Of a DNA stretch of 64,000 nucleotides, positions 40,621 to 54,861 are shown one piece after another. Numbering within the stretch: the first letter of the stretch is position 1; every line of letters starts with the position of its first letter. The position numbers were made by a program, and so were the translations under genes. Source of the DNA: the human T2T-CHM13v2.0 reference genome, Homo sapiens. The DNA lies in assembly GCF_009914755.1 (NCBI RefSeq), contig NC_060942.1; one strand, written 5' to 3'. The notes beneath the pieces are model-generated. The model saw nothing but the letters and a program-made list of their open reading frames with translations. It was not told the origin of the DNA and searched no databases.

Positions 40621-40869
40621 CCACAGTTTAAGTAGAAAGCATATAAGCAAACCCTGGTAAGCAGAAATATGTGCTTTTTAGAAGATCCTCAATTATTATT
40701 ATGATGCATACAATCTTTTTGCGAAAGTGGAAAAATGTTAGAGTTTAAACCCACTCATGTGTAAGAAAGGTGATATGCAAAGGCAGAATAAGAGGTTGCC
40801 TATGAAATGTTATTTTATGCTTAATATCTCTGTGGTGTACTATTCTGGTGCAAGCAAGCATCTAATACT

Positions 40870-41060
40870 AATTTAGTAATGATAATATAAGCATTTAGTA
40901 CCTTAGGTTAAAAATATTTACCATGCATTTTTATGAGTAACATGAAGGAACTTAAGTCAATTCAGTACATTTTATAACTGCTTTACATTTTCCAGATGAA
41001 GAAACTGAGCCTCCACATCATACATAACTTTCTCACAAAGTGAATGTGGTCTGCCCAACC
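40870..41060 (-). mobile_element. MIR fragment
   Basis: cattttccagatgaagaaactgagcctc. Confidence 0.6.
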
Positions 41061-41389
41061 AGTTCTCCATCAGAGTTTGGAGAAATCCTTCCCCTCAGCA
41101 GACAGTGATGTTTGTTACAAGACATCAGTCCCTAAATGGAACAAGGGGCCTTGCTAAAGGGTTCAGGTGAGAAGAGTGACTTTTCATGAGTATTGTTTAT
41201 CTGGCAGGCAGGGTGAGAGAGTGAAGAATGGAGAGAGGAGAAGGAAGTACACACACACAAATTATTGTACCAGTTTCATCGATTGCCAAGTCTATCTCTT
41301 TATTTTCAGCTTCTCATTTATCTTCTCTAGACAATTAACAAAGCTCTATTGAAGCTTTCTAGGTAGGAAATTGTGCTACATGGACTATA

Positions 41390-41560
41390 TGATGAATAAG
41401 ATACTAAAGAAAACTGTACTTTATTAGATACACTACTAAATAATACTTGGAAATGAAGGATATGCCAAAGGTAGTAAAAAATTTGAAGGTGACAAATTAA
41501 TTGGGGGGGAATTTATAGAGAGATGGAAGATATTGGCTTACAGAAGAATTTAAGGTTTCA
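41390..41560 (+). mobile_element. L3/CR1 RT relic
   Basis: aaatttgaaggtgacaaattaattggggggg resembles the CR1 KFADDTKLGG coding motif. Confidence 0.45.
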
Positions 41561-41839
41561 TGGATGATATGGTATGGCTGTGTCCCCACCCAAATCGCAT
41601 CTTGAATTGTAGCTCCCATAATCCTCACATGTCCTGGGAGGGATTTGGTGGAAGGTAATTGAATCATGAGGGTGGGTTTTTCTTGTGCTGTTCTCATGAT
41701 ACTGAATAAAGCTCACAAGATCTTATGTTTTTATAAAGAGCCATTCCCCTGCACACGCTCTCTCACCTGCCACCATGTAAGACATGCCTTTGCTCATCCT
41801 TCACCTCTGCCATGATTGTGAGGCTTCCCAGCCATGTAG

Positions 41840-42551
<712 letters not shown>

Positions 42552-43319
42552 TAGCAGTATGAAAATGGACTAATACAATGGAGATTAGACATTCAGTTAT
42601 ACTAGGAGTGAAAATCTAAAAATGAGTAGTCACAATTCCCGGCAAATTCAGATGTACCCCAAGTAAAAAGATATAGAAACAGAAAAAACAAGCCATTTAC
42701 ACTATCTTCAAGAAAACGTTGAAATATTGAATATCTCTCAAAAATGTACAATATTTCTTCAAAGGAAACTACAAATTATTGAAAATATTAAGATGGTCTA
42801 AATAAATGGAGTGGAATGTACATTGTAAACATCATGGAATAGAAGATTCAATGTAAAGATATTTCTCCATGAAGTGACCTATATATCCATTGTAAATCCA
42901 ATAAAAATCTCAGTCATTTTTCAAAAGAAATTGACAAGCTCAATAAAAATAAGTTTATGGAAATGCAAGGGCCAAGTACAATCTAGGCATTCTTAAGAAG
43001 AAACAAAAGCTAAAATATTTGGATAACTTAGATTATAATTATCACCCTATTCTAATTAAAATTTTCTGGACTTGTTACAAGGTTAATCAGATATGCAACT
43101 AAAACAAAATAGAAAGGTCAGAAACTCACGTATATATGAGACCTAATGCATAATTTATAAACACTCTAATACAGTGGGAAAAAGATGGCTTTTTAAATAA
43201 GTCTGTGTCAATTTAATATTCATAAAGGAAAAATGAATCTTAAATTCATAAGCACACATAAGTCAATTTTAGAGAGATGGTAAATATAAATATATAATAA
43301 AAGGTAAGATAAAAAAGCA

Positions 43320-44225
43320 AAACTTCTACATGTCCATCAGATGATGAATGGATGGAGAAAAGGAGGTACACAGTTGATTCTTGAACTTGGGGATTATAGG
43401 GTCTGACCCCCCCAGGCAGTCAAAAATTCACATGTAAATTTTGACTCCCCAAAATCCTAACTTCTAGTAGTGTACTGCCAACCTTACTGATAACATAAAC
43501 AGTTGATTAACATATTTTTTCATGTTATATGTATTATACACTATATTCTTACAGCAAATTAGAGAAAATAAAATGTTAAAAATCATAAGGAGGAGAAAAT
43601 ATATTTATTATTTTTTAAGTGGAAGTGGATCATCATTAAAGTCTTCACCCTTGTTGTCATCTTCACATTGAGTAACCTAAAGACAAGAAAGAAGAGGAAG
43701 GGTTGGTCTTGTTATATCAAGAGTGGCAGAGGCAGAAGAAAATTCATGCATAAATAGACCTGTGCAGTTCAAATCTATCTTTTTTAAATGGCCAAGTGTA
43801 TTTATAATATTGAATATTATTCATCCATATAAAGAAATGAAATCTTGTTACATGCTATAAAACATAGATGAATTTTGACAATATTATGTTGAGTGAGAGA
43901 AACAAGGAATTACATGTTATATAGGCCCATTTGTAATAAATGTCTCGAATATGCAAACGTATAGAAGCAGACAGTAACTTAGTGGTTACTTAGGGCTTGG
44001 AGGTGCAGAGAGTTAGGAGAATGATAGCTAAAGGCTATGGGGTTTCTTTTGGAGATGATGAAAATGTTCTAAAATTGACTGTGATAATGATTTTTTCTAT
44101 CTGTAAATACACTAAAAACTAGCAAGTTGTACCTTTAACTGTAAGTAAAAAAAAAAAAAATTAACTGTACCTCAAACTATTAAATGGGTAGATTTTATGG
44201 TATGTGAATTATATTTCAGTAAAGC
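43320..44225 (+). mobile_element. L1MB-type 3' end, interrupted by Tigger2a
   Basis: atgtccatcagatgatgaatggat...gggtttcttttggagatgatgaaaatgttctaaaattga...gtatgtgaattatatttcagtaaagc. Confidence 0.75.
43371..43798. mobile_element. Tigger2a (MER28-like)
   Basis: cagttgattcttgaac...ttttgactccccaaaa...ttaagtggaagtggatcatcattaaagtcttc...ggccaagtg|TA. Confidence 0.85.
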
Positions 44226-44853
44226 CGCCATTTTTTTTTAAAAAGTGGAAACTTCTAAAGAGCAATAAACAAAGAGAAAAAATATGGCCTTCAGGCTATA
44301 TGCAAATATTTTATAAACTGGAAAGAAAACACACTAATCATAAGAAAGATGATAAGTCGGACTACTTTAAACCCTTCATTAAATCAATATACGTTGTTAA
44401 GATTTAGAAATTCAAACCACAAAGTGAGAAAAGATATTTGTAATACACATACCCATAAAAGAATCATAATATACAAAGAACTCTCCAAACTGTAACCAAA
44501 ATGCCAACAGGTGAACAGTAAAATGAGCAAAGAGTAAAACTTTACAAAAAATGGTTTTCCAAATAGTCAACAAAACTATGAAAAAACATTCATCATCTTT
44601 GGTCATTAAAAATGGCAAATTAATAATATATTGCAGTAACACTACACACTAGAATGGATAAAATAAAAAAAATCAAATGTTTATGGGTGAATGGAACATT
44701 CAGAACTCTTATTTATTGCACCTGTGTGGTCATATCTGCTAGAACATATTATATTATACACATACATATTACTCAACAAGTTCTCTCCTGGTTATATATC
44801 CAACAAAAATACATGCATATTTACCAAATAGCGTTTAATAATATTCATAGCAG

Positions 44854-45366
44854 TGAGGCTATCCTCACTGGGTTCGCAAGAGTTCTGGACATAAATAGTT
44901 TTAATTAAGCATTAATCAAGGTTGCACTTTGACCCATTTCCTTGTAACTGAAAACCATACAACACTAGATACTGACCATTTGCATCCCCATTGTCCTTTT
45001 AGACAATGAAATTAGGATTATAAGATTTTCATTTAAGAATTGCTTAAGCACATTCTGCATTTCAGTGGAAATGCTAATGCCAACTAGTTTAAAGATCCCC
45101 ACCAAGGAATTGAATAAGCATGAGAAAATTTCCTTGTCCCATGACTTCACCCTGCATTCTTTAATTAATCAAGGATCTCCACACTTCAGTCCACTCCAAT
45201 ATCCTTAAAAACTTTAGCCCCAAACTCCTCAGAGAGATGGATTTGAGGTGTCCTTCTGTTTCTTTGTTCAGCAGTCCTAAAGGTAAACCTCTTTCTCTGT
45301 TGCAACCCAGTGTCTCGGTGTATTAACTCACCATGTACACTGGGCAATGGACCTGTTTTGATTACA
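44854..45366 (+). mobile_element. ERV1 solo LTR (LTR54-like, MER4 group)
   Basis: TG...CA ends with TSD gcag/gtag; taattaagcattaatcaaggttgcactttgaccca. Confidence 0.7.
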
Positions 45367-45691
45367 GTAGCACCATTTCTGTTATTCCCAAACTGGAAAC
45401 CATCTAATATTTATTAAGTGTAGATTTGATAAACAGGTTGTGGCATTTTTATAAAATAAACCACTATAAAGTCATGAAAATATATAATCTACAACTATTA
45501 ACCTGGATGAACATCACAGACAATATAATGCAACATTCGGAGAATATTGCAAGCACAAAAGCATATATATTTTATTTTTTCATTTAATATATATTTCAAA
45601 GGGAGTTTAAAAAAAAACAATGGTGATAGATGTCAAGCTAATGATTGCCCATTAGTGGGAGGCAGCTGGGTTGGTTCTAGTAAGTGGAAAG

Positions 45692-46538
45692 TGGGAAATG
45701 GGATCAGAATATGCCAAGTTAGCAGAAAACTTATTTTCAGCTTAAGGTAATTGAAAAACAGCAAACACAGGAAGAACACTCTGACCTCTTCTTTTCTGCC
45801 TAAAATCAGGGCATAAATTTCCCTTTTTACATTCATAGAGGTGTTTCCTTCTCCTGTATAAAAAAGAGAACAACTAATTGGCATAAAAATTGTACTAAAT
45901 AAACCATATTTTCCATGCATCCCCAAGTCACTTTCCTACAATTTATCATCCCTAGAAGCCAAACCACTTTTTTCTTTGTTTCGCCACTTTTTAATAATTT
46001 ATTACCCTATGTTAAGATATTTAAGCTCCAAAGTCTAATTATCTTATGAGTTACTCCTTGTGTTAATATATTCAAGCTGCAATAACAAAATACCCTAGAT
46101 TTATAAACAATAAAAATGCATTTATTGCTTACAGTTCTGGAGGCTGTGAAATTTAAGATCAAGGAGCCAGCAGATTCGGTGTCTGGTGAGGGTCTATTTC
46201 TTACAGATGGCACCGTTTGTGTGTCTTCTCATTACAGAAGAGGCAAGGAAGCTCCCTTCAACCTCTTTTTTAAGGGCACTAATCCTACTCATGAGGGCGG
46301 AGTTCTAATGACTTAATCACTTCTCAAAAAGCCCCAACTATTAATGCTATCATTTTGGGTATTAAGATCCAACACATAAATTTTTGGGGAACACCAACAT
46401 TCAGACCACAGCACTCATCACTCAGTTTCCTCATGTGTATGCAAATTACACATGTAAATAAACTTAAAAAGAAATTCTGTTAATGTCTTTTGTCAGTTTA
46501 ATTTGCATTACCCAGACACAGAAGAGAAGTGTTCTACA
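45692..46538 (+). mobile_element. ERV1 solo LTR (MER34/MER39 group), interrupted by a MaLR LTR
   Basis: gatcagaatatgcc...ttattttcagcttaaggtaattgaaaaacagca; 3' aataaac...ctgttaatgtcttttgtcagtttaatttgca. Confidence 0.7.
46059..46413 (-). mobile_element. MaLR solo LTR (MSTD/MLT1A-like)
   Basis: cagttctggaggctg...cagattcggtgtctggtgagg...aacattcagaccacagca; TSD ctcct/ctcat. Confidence 0.85.
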
Positions 46539-47605
46539 AGGGCACCAGAGAGGTTTCTAGGGTACTTTAATGATCTGTTTATTGATCCAGAAGGTGGTTG
46601 CAAAAGTGTGCTTATTTAGTAAAAATGTTTGGAGATGTATACATATGACATTTTGTATGGTTTACTTCACTAAAAGTATATTTGAATCATGAAAGACAGA
46701 AAAAAAGCATTGAGGGCTATTCATGTAGAAAATAGCATTAGTAAAGATAAGAGGGCAGAAAAGCACCAGCCCTATCCAGAAATAGTGAGGATAGTTTGAA
46801 GCCAAAGATTTAACTTCCATTATTACCTCAGATGAAAAAATGGAAAAGGCTATTTAGAAAAAATATTTCATTTCCCTGCTAAAAATTTCCCAGAGGAAGC
46901 TCTTTTGAGGAGGTTCTTAAACAAGTTGGGGTTTATTTTCTAAGTATCAAGTACAGTATGGAAACAGGGAAGTAGAAATGTACCAAAAATTTGCATTTTT
47001 ATATGCTTTATTCACAAACCTCAGTTGTGTGAGTTCTTTCTTTGGGGCTTGAAATATAAATAAGGGGCAACATTTCTGTTTTCTCCTACTAGAAACATTT
47101 ATATAACAGAGGTGAAAATGTGTTATTGAATTTAAGCTAAAGCAATAATTTTCTAAGGGTGAAATTTCAGGCTTCACTAAGCTAAAAAAGGCAGACACGA
47201 AGGATGGGGTTTGGGAGAGAAGGTGGTAAAAGAACCTTCTTTGCCTAGAATGTGCCTAGAATCAGCAAACATTTTAATCACAGAACCAGATCTAGAAAGA
47301 GACTAACTCACCTTTGGGGCAGAATGCAATGGGGAGATGCTGCACCATGTTTGACTTATAAAGGCAAGGGCAGGGGTATGCATCCCAAGGACTCAAAGCC
47401 TGTGGTTGGCCTTCAGATTGTACCTTTAAACATTTCTGGGTGAATAGTTTGTAAATATGCATATGGATGGTATGGTTTTCTATTTTTTTTCTAATATATC
47501 TCAGGTCTATGAAGTTATTTATAAGTCATTGACATAATTCCCAAACTATTTTTCAGTATTATATAAAGACTCATGAGAAATAGCCTCAGCATAGAACAAG
47601 AGCAT

Positions 47606-48188
47606 TATAATGGTTAATTTTGTGTGTGAACTTGACTGGGTCATGATGCCCAGAGAGCTGATTAAACATCACTTTTAGGTATATTCATGTAGATGTTTCT
47701 GGAAAAGATTAGCAATGGAATTGGTGGGATGAGTAAAGTAGATAAACCTTCCCAATGTGAGTGGGCATTATACAATCTATTGAGGGCCTAAATAAAGCAA
47801 AAATAAAGAGGAGAGTTTATTAATTCTGACTCACTATGCCAAATGGGATGTCAAATTTTTGCCCTCAGTGCTCCTGGTTCTCAGGCCTTTGAACACAGAA
47901 TGAAACCTACACCATTGGTCCTCTAGTTCTCAGGCCTTTGAACTACACCATTGACTTTCCTGGGTATCCAGTTTGTAGATGAAAGATCTTGGGATTTTTC
48001 AGCCTCCATTATCACATGTGGCAATACCTTATAAAAATATTTTACTACATGTATCTATATATCTACATCTATATCTACATATTTATATCTCCATGCCTAT
48101 ACCTATATATTTATATATAGATGTCTATATAAACTATAAATTTATATATCGTGTTGGTTCTGTTTCTCTGCAGAACCCTGACTAATAA
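47606..48188 (+). mobile_element. ERVL solo LTR (MLT2C/D-like)
   Basis: atggttaattttgtgtgtgaacttgactggg...ttggttctgtttctctgcagaaccctgactaata. Confidence 0.85.
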
Positions 48189-48273
48189 AAACATTCAGGA
48201 GATTTTTATCTGGAGATTATGTTTAGGAGCCCTTGACATATGCTATTTAGTGTCTTATATAAAAACCTGTCTT

Positions 48274-48965
<692 letters not shown>

Positions 48966-49599
48966 TCATTCCACCTTCTCAAATCTAAATATTTATGTGC
49001 AATGATTTTCTGTGCAGTAATTCCATTTCTTTCTATGCCTAAGGTTTAGGAACCTCAAGTACATCTAACTTTCCTCATAAGGTGTTTCTGGAATTGCCTG
49101 TAAATTTAATGTCTTTAAACTGAATTCTAGTTTAGGTGCATCAGGGAAGTTCACTATTTACAGAAAACATGAGGTGAACCCTTTGTAATTTGAACAAACA
49201 TTTGGTAAGGAAGTAATCATCTTTCATTACCTTGGCTTGTTATTACTCTATCCTTAAAGTGTGAGTATCACCGAATTGATTCTTTATGTTTACCTGGTTA
49301 AAACTTCTCTCCCGATTTTTTTATGCTTCTTTCCAACAGAGTTGTCCATATTATGTGCACCAGTTTCTACCAGGAGTATTATTTTTTGAAGTACTTTGTC
49401 TACTGTTTGGCCTAGATATCTACCCAATTGAAGCATTCTTATGATGGTAATGATGAATGTCTCTGACCTATTCTAACTATTGTGCTCCTTGGACTCATTT
49501 TCTCCAGGTGCTTCATTCAAGGCTGTGGTACTCCAGGAATTTAACTGATGTCTTTAAAGATTTTTTAAACTTTACTTTTTTTTCTTTTCTAGTGAATCC

Positions 49600-50062
49600 C
49601 TCTAGTAGAAACTGTCAGTCCCCAGGATGTATTTTCCACTACCTACTTAGTAATAGAACCCCCAATTTTTAACTGGATACTAGCTTCCCAAGGGAAAAGT
49701 ACTGCATTTCCCAGCCTCCCTTGCAGCTAGGCCTGTCCTATAACTAAGTATTGACAATGGGATGTCAACAGAATCATGGTGTTCAAATACTAGGAAATAT
49801 ACTTAAAATAAAGTATATTTTAAGTATACTTTAATACTAGGCATACTCTAGTTCCTTTTTTCATCTTTTCTGATAGTTGAAATACAGACATTATGGATTC
49901 TGAGAAGAAAACCACATGCTAAATATTTCAGAAAAAGAAATTAGAGTGAACTTGGGTCCCTCTAGACTTATTTGAAACAAAAAGGAAATAAATTACCTTT
50001 ATTTAATTTACTAGTATGTTGAATGATCTGTCCCTCACAGGAACCTAATAGTAATTGATGCA
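49600..50062 (+). mobile_element. Old MaLR LTR (MLT1J/K-like)
   Basis: catttcccagcctcccttgcagctagg, gaacttgggtccct. Confidence 0.7.
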
Positions 50063-50092
50063 TTTCCATTTTCTACTCATTATCTATGTGAC

Positions 50093-50499
50093 TTCTATAG
50101 TTTGAATGTCCCCACCAAAATTCATGTTGAAGCTTAATCCTATGTGGCAGTATTAAAAGGTGGGGCCTTTAAGAGGTGATTGAGTCATGAGGGCTTTTTC
50201 TAAAGACTAATGGGTAAATGGATTAGTGAGTTATCACGGGACGGGAATTGGTAGCTTTATAAGAAGAGAAAAAATGACCTGAGGACAGCATGTTAGCACA
50301 CTCAGCTCTCTTGCCATGTGATGCCCTGCACCACCTCAGGACTCTTCAGAGTCCCCATCAGCAAGAAGGCTCTCACCAGATGCAACTCCTCAACCTTGGG
50401 CTTCTTAGCCTTCATAGTTGTAAGAAATAAAGTTATTATCTTTACAATTTACCCAGTTTCAGGTATTTGGTTATAAGCAACAGAAAATGGACTAAGACA
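50093..50499 (+). mobile_element. MSTB1-like MaLR solo LTR inserted into a MIR
   Basis: gactcttcagagtccccatcagcaagaaggctctcaccagatgc...ggactaagaca; perfect TSD GTGAC. Confidence 0.9.
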
Positions 50500-50665
50500 G
50501 TGACTTTGGGCAATTACTTAAGCTTTTAAAAACATTTCCCTAATATGTGGAATGGGAACCATATAGTACCTGTCTCAGGGGTTGTTTTGTGTAACTTGTG
50601 GGATTATTCATACAAATATATCAGTAAATGTCTTGGCCTATAGTAATCACCAGTAAATTTTGATT
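50500..50665 (+). mobile_element. MIR remainder
   Basis: gtgactttgggcaattacttaagc...atagtacctgtctcaggggttgtt. Confidence 0.65.
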
Positions 50666-50769
50666 TTATTATTTCAAACATTTTATGGATTAAGTATACT
50701 TAAATTCAGGATTGCTATTTCTATTATTTCCAAGTGCATGTTGAATAAGAATTCGACTCTTGAGATCTG

Positions 50770-51765
50770 TTTAGAGCTACCTGCTATGAGAGCCCGTAAG
50801 TGCCTCAATGTCATCGTATCTAAAAACCAACTTACTATATTGTTTTCAACTTGCTGTTTTCCTGAATTTCTTATGTCAGTGAATATCCTCGCTGTCTACC
50901 TAGTTATGCAAGCAAAATATACCATTGTCTTATGCTATTTGTTACGCAATCTATTATCTCCAAATACTCTAAGTTATGTCTTTATAATATTCTCTATTCA
51001 CACTCCTCCTTCACTTCCCCTGTCTCTAGTTCAAGTACTCATCTCATTTGCATTACTGCAGGACTCTCATAATTGTTCTTCCTATGTACATATAACCATC
51101 AAGGAATCTTATTATAGATGGATGTTTAATCAGGCCAGTATCCTGCTTAAGATCTTCTTCATGGCATACTTTTGGATAAAAATAACATTGAAACTTCATA
51201 TCATGGTCTACAAAGTTTATGCTCTTTTTCTGCCTAACTTATATTTTCATTCCCTGTCTCTTTTCCAATCAAACCCTTAACATTAGCCATAAAAATAACT
51301 AGCATGTATGGAGTCATGTACTTTTCTAAACACTTGACCTGAGCAGTCTTCATTAATCTGTTGTACAATCTTTTGAGGAAGATACCATTATTATTACCAG
51401 ACAGTATTGCCAGATGAGGAAAGTGAAGCATCGAGAGGTCAGAGGCTTCTTCAAGTTCTCATAGCAAGCGACAGAACCAGAGTTCTAGCTTGCATGGAGC
51501 CTGCAATTGTTTTTTCAATAGCAACTCCTCTGAGAAGACTTCCTGAGTTTTCCAGAAAGATAAGGCACCCGCCCACCAAGTGCTCCAGTAGCATATGACC
51601 CATGCTTCTCTTACAGCCCTTACCCTCCATTGTTTGTATTTATTTGCCTCTCTGATCAGGTTGTAAGGACAGATGAGATTTATGTCATTCAATTTGATAT
51701 CCCAGAGTGTAAAATAGTGCATGGAACATAGTACTCTACAAACTTTTCTTGAACATATGAATAAA
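50770..51765 (+). mobile_element. L2 fragments with an antisense MIR at ~51290-51520
   Basis: L2 motifs (tagttatgcaagcaaaa, ctagttcaagtactcatc, agtgcatggaacatagtactc) and MIR core cagatgaggaaagtgaagcatcgagagg. Confidence 0.55.
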
Positions 51766-53308
51766 AATAAAAAGTAAATGTATAAGTGAAAGAAAAACAT
51801 CATAATGGCCCAGACATACATATGCACAGTAACACACACACATATGCACAGTAACACACGTACCCACACATGTGCACATGGGCACATACCAAACAAAAAT
51901 TAAAATGTGCAGTGGGAAAAACAGTTCATTGGCAGTCAGGCAATCTAATGTCTAGATTTAGTATTGGAGCTACTGACCTGGATTGATTTTATAAATTTAT
52001 CTTCTGTTTTGTGGGTTCTATTTTTGTTTTTGAAGCAGCTTATTTATAAAAAAAAAAAAAATCAGGTCCCATGAAGACATTAGGAACTCAGATCTGGCAA
52101 ATTATGCCAAGATAGAAACACCCCATGTGCCCTCTCAGCTGCATGGAGCAGATGCTCTTCTTGTTGGACACAGACCCTGAATGATGTTGGGTGTGGAAAA
52201 AAAAAGTAGGTTTTTTTTTTTTTTTTTTGAATCAGCTTTTTAAAAAAAGGACAACCTTTTTTGTGAGGACATGAGCATAGGTCCATATCTTCACCACAGC
52301 AATGAGACAGCAGGGGGCTATCAATTCTGCTGCTGTTAAAGGGTTCAGCTGGAACCTGCCTGCCCTCCTGAACTGTCTTTATTCCAGGCTTGGTCTATCA
52401 CCAGAGCCCTCCCTCTAGATCTTTGATCGTCACTGCCCATCTGCACTTTGAATCATCATGCCTAAATAAAGCTCTATTCAGGAATTCTAATCCTCTAGAC
52501 CACTCCACAGTAGACTTTCCAAACAGCATATACACAAGTAGAGCATTTCTAAAGGCCCTTACATATCTAAATGATATGATTTATTTTGCCACCTTGGGAT
52601 CTGGTGTCCAGGAATGCTTTGAATTCCATTAATAGATGAGTTCCAGAAAGATTCATTATTGCTCCTCATGGGACATATTTTTGCCTTTATTTTAACAAGA
52701 AAGGTAGCATTAGAATTACAGTATAATCTTCTCCAAAATAATGTATAGGAATGGGAGTTTAGGAAGCTGAAAAATGAAACACATGTGCTTTTGACCTCAG
52801 CTTACTGGTACTGCTAATGTTTGTGCTACTAACTGAATTGCTGCTGACTTTTAATCAAAGAAGAAAAAGATCAAATACATATAAATTGAACTAAACAAGG
52901 GAAATTATCAGACATGTTTAGAAGGCATCTGGGAGATGAGAAAACAGATAACAATCTGCAAGTAGCCACATCAAAACAAAAGGAGGATGGGAAGGAAATA
53001 GAAGAAGAACAACTTCACGGCTAATAACCACAGACCCAAGTATAATAGCAACTGCCTGCTATATTTCACATGTTCCTAATTTGATTTTTTATGGCACACC
53101 TGAAGAATATTTGACAGAAATTTAGGAGATGAAGATAAAAATAGAGTAGCTCACTAGATCATTCCCTGGCTCAGTGGATCTCCTTTTGGTCAATACTGTA
53201 TTAATTTTTTATTGTCTTCATAAAAAATGATCACCAGTAGTTGAAGAATGAAAGATGGAAGTGGAATTCTCAGCCCCTTTGTTTAGTTTCAAATGTTCTG
53301 CCTGTTAT

Positions 53309-53539
53309 CTTCTAGAATTTTTACAATTTCAGGTCTTAGATTTGAGTCCTTGATCCATCTTGAGTTGATTTTTGTATAAGGTGAGAGATAAGGATCCAGT
53401 TTCATTCTGCTACACTGTGGCTTGCCAATTATCCCAGCACCATTTGTTGAAAAGGGTGTCTGTTCCCTACATTATGTTCGTGTTTGCTTTGTTGAAGATT
53501 AGTTGGCTGTAAGTATTTGGATTTATTTCTAGGTTCTCT
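53309..53539 (-). mobile_element. Inverted 5' segment of an L1PB insertion (twin priming)
   Basis: Antisense L1 ORF2 (tccatcttgagttgatttttgtataaggtgagaga) directly after the left TSD. Confidence 0.92.
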
Positions 53540-54236
53540 CCAAAAGCAAATACAACAAAAACAAAGGTAAATATGTGGGACTTAATTAAACTGAAGAGCT
53601 TCTGGACAGCAAAAGGAACAGTCAGCAGAGTAAACAGACAACCCACAGAGTGGGAGAAAACCTTCAAAATCTGTACATCTGACAAAGGACTAATATCCAG
53701 AATCTACAAAAAAACTCAAACAAATTAGCAACATAAAAACAATGCCATAAAAAAGCAGGCTAAGGACATGAATAGACAACTCTCAAAAAAGATACACTAA
53801 TGGCCAACAAACATATGAAAAAATGCTCAACATCACTAATGATCAGGGAAATGCAAATGAAAACCACAATGCAATACCACCTTAGTCCTGCAACAATGCA
53901 TATTCAAAAAATCAAAAATAATAGATGTTGGTGTGGATGCAATGAAAAAGGAACACTTATACACTGCTGGTGGGAATGTAAACTAGTACAACCATTGTGG
54001 AAAACACTGTGGAGATTCCTTAAAAAATTAAAAGTAGAACTACCATTTGATCCAGCAATCTAACTAATGGGTATCTACCCAGAGGAAAAGAAGTCATTAT
54101 ACAAAAAAGATAATTGCGCACGCATGTTTACAGCAGCGCAATTTGCAATTGTAAAAATATAGAACCAGCCCAAGTGCCCATCCGTCAACGAGTGGATAAA
54201 GAAATTTTGGTGTGTGTATATAGGTAGTATTCCATC

Positions 54237-54282
<46 letters not shown>

Positions 54283-54404
54283 ACAACCAGATATATATAT
54301 ATATATCCCGTTATATATATGGACAACTAGATGTGTGTGTATGTGTGTGTGTGTATATATATATATACACACACACAATGAGATGTATATATAATATATA
54401 CAGT

Positions 54405-54453
<49 letters not shown>

Positions 54454-54826
54454 GCACATACAATGGAATACTACTCAACCATGAAAAGGAACAAATTAAT
54501 GGCATTCACAGCAACCTGGATGGAACTGGAGACTATTATTCTAAGTGAAGTATCTAAGGAATGGGAAACCAAACACCGTATGTTCTTACTCAAAAGTGGG
54601 AGCTAAGTGTTGAAGATGCAAAGGCATAAGAATGATATAATGGACTTTGGGCACTAAGGGGAAAGGGTGGGATGGGGGTGAGAGGCAAAAGACTACAAAT
54701 TGAGTTCAGTGTATACTGCTCAGATGATGGGTGCACCAAAATCTCACAGATCATCATTAAAGAACCTACCCATGTAACCAAATACCACCTGTTCCCCAAA
54801 AACCTACGGAAATAAAAAAATTTTTT
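53540..54826 (+). mobile_element. L1PB-type 3' end (ORF2 C-terminus and 3'UTR)
   Basis: [19 protein letters not shown]...[20 protein letters not shown], and 18-bp TSD AAATG(T/C)TCTGCCTGTTAT (53291-53308 / 54827-54844). Confidence 0.95.
54210..54462. repeat. Complex (TA)n/(TG)n/(CA)n expansion inside the L1PB
   Basis: Pure (TA)17 at 54246-54280 and (TA)21 at 54409-54450. Confidence 0.95.
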
Positions 54827-54861
54827 AAATGCTCTGCCTGTTATTCTGTATCTCCTTATAG

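Larger units (their letters stand above)
42640..46680 (+). mobile_element. Ancient L1ME/MC 3' region hosting multiple nested insertions
   Basis: atagaagattcaatgtaaag, aattgacaagct, ccaaactggaaac, cctggatgaacatcacagacaat. Confidence 0.65.

Noticed and set aside
46008-46080. Apparent 22-bp direct repeat (tatgttaagatatttaagctcc / tgtgttaatatattcaagctgc)
   Set aside because: The two copies belong to different LTRs (MER34-group body and MaLR terminus); probably coincidental.
50660-51280. Longest ORF in the track (206 aa, hydrophobic)
   Set aside because: Starts at TTG and overlies T-rich decayed L2 sequence, which explains the L/F/I/S bias. No recognisable domain.
52196-52262. Alternating A and T homopolymer runs resembling a hairpin or terminator
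   Set aside because: Low complexity; the pairing is trivial and has no other support.
52306-52320. CTCF-like ACAGCAGGGGGCTA
   Set aside because: Two mismatches at informative core positions; not supportable without a PWM scan or ChIP data.
54075-54548. YI/CV-repeat ORFs
   Set aside because: Translations of TA/TG microsatellites.
54658-54678. G4 motif GGGGAAAGGGTGGGATGGGGG
   Set aside because: Ordinary G-rich tract of the L1 3'UTR; not locus-specific.
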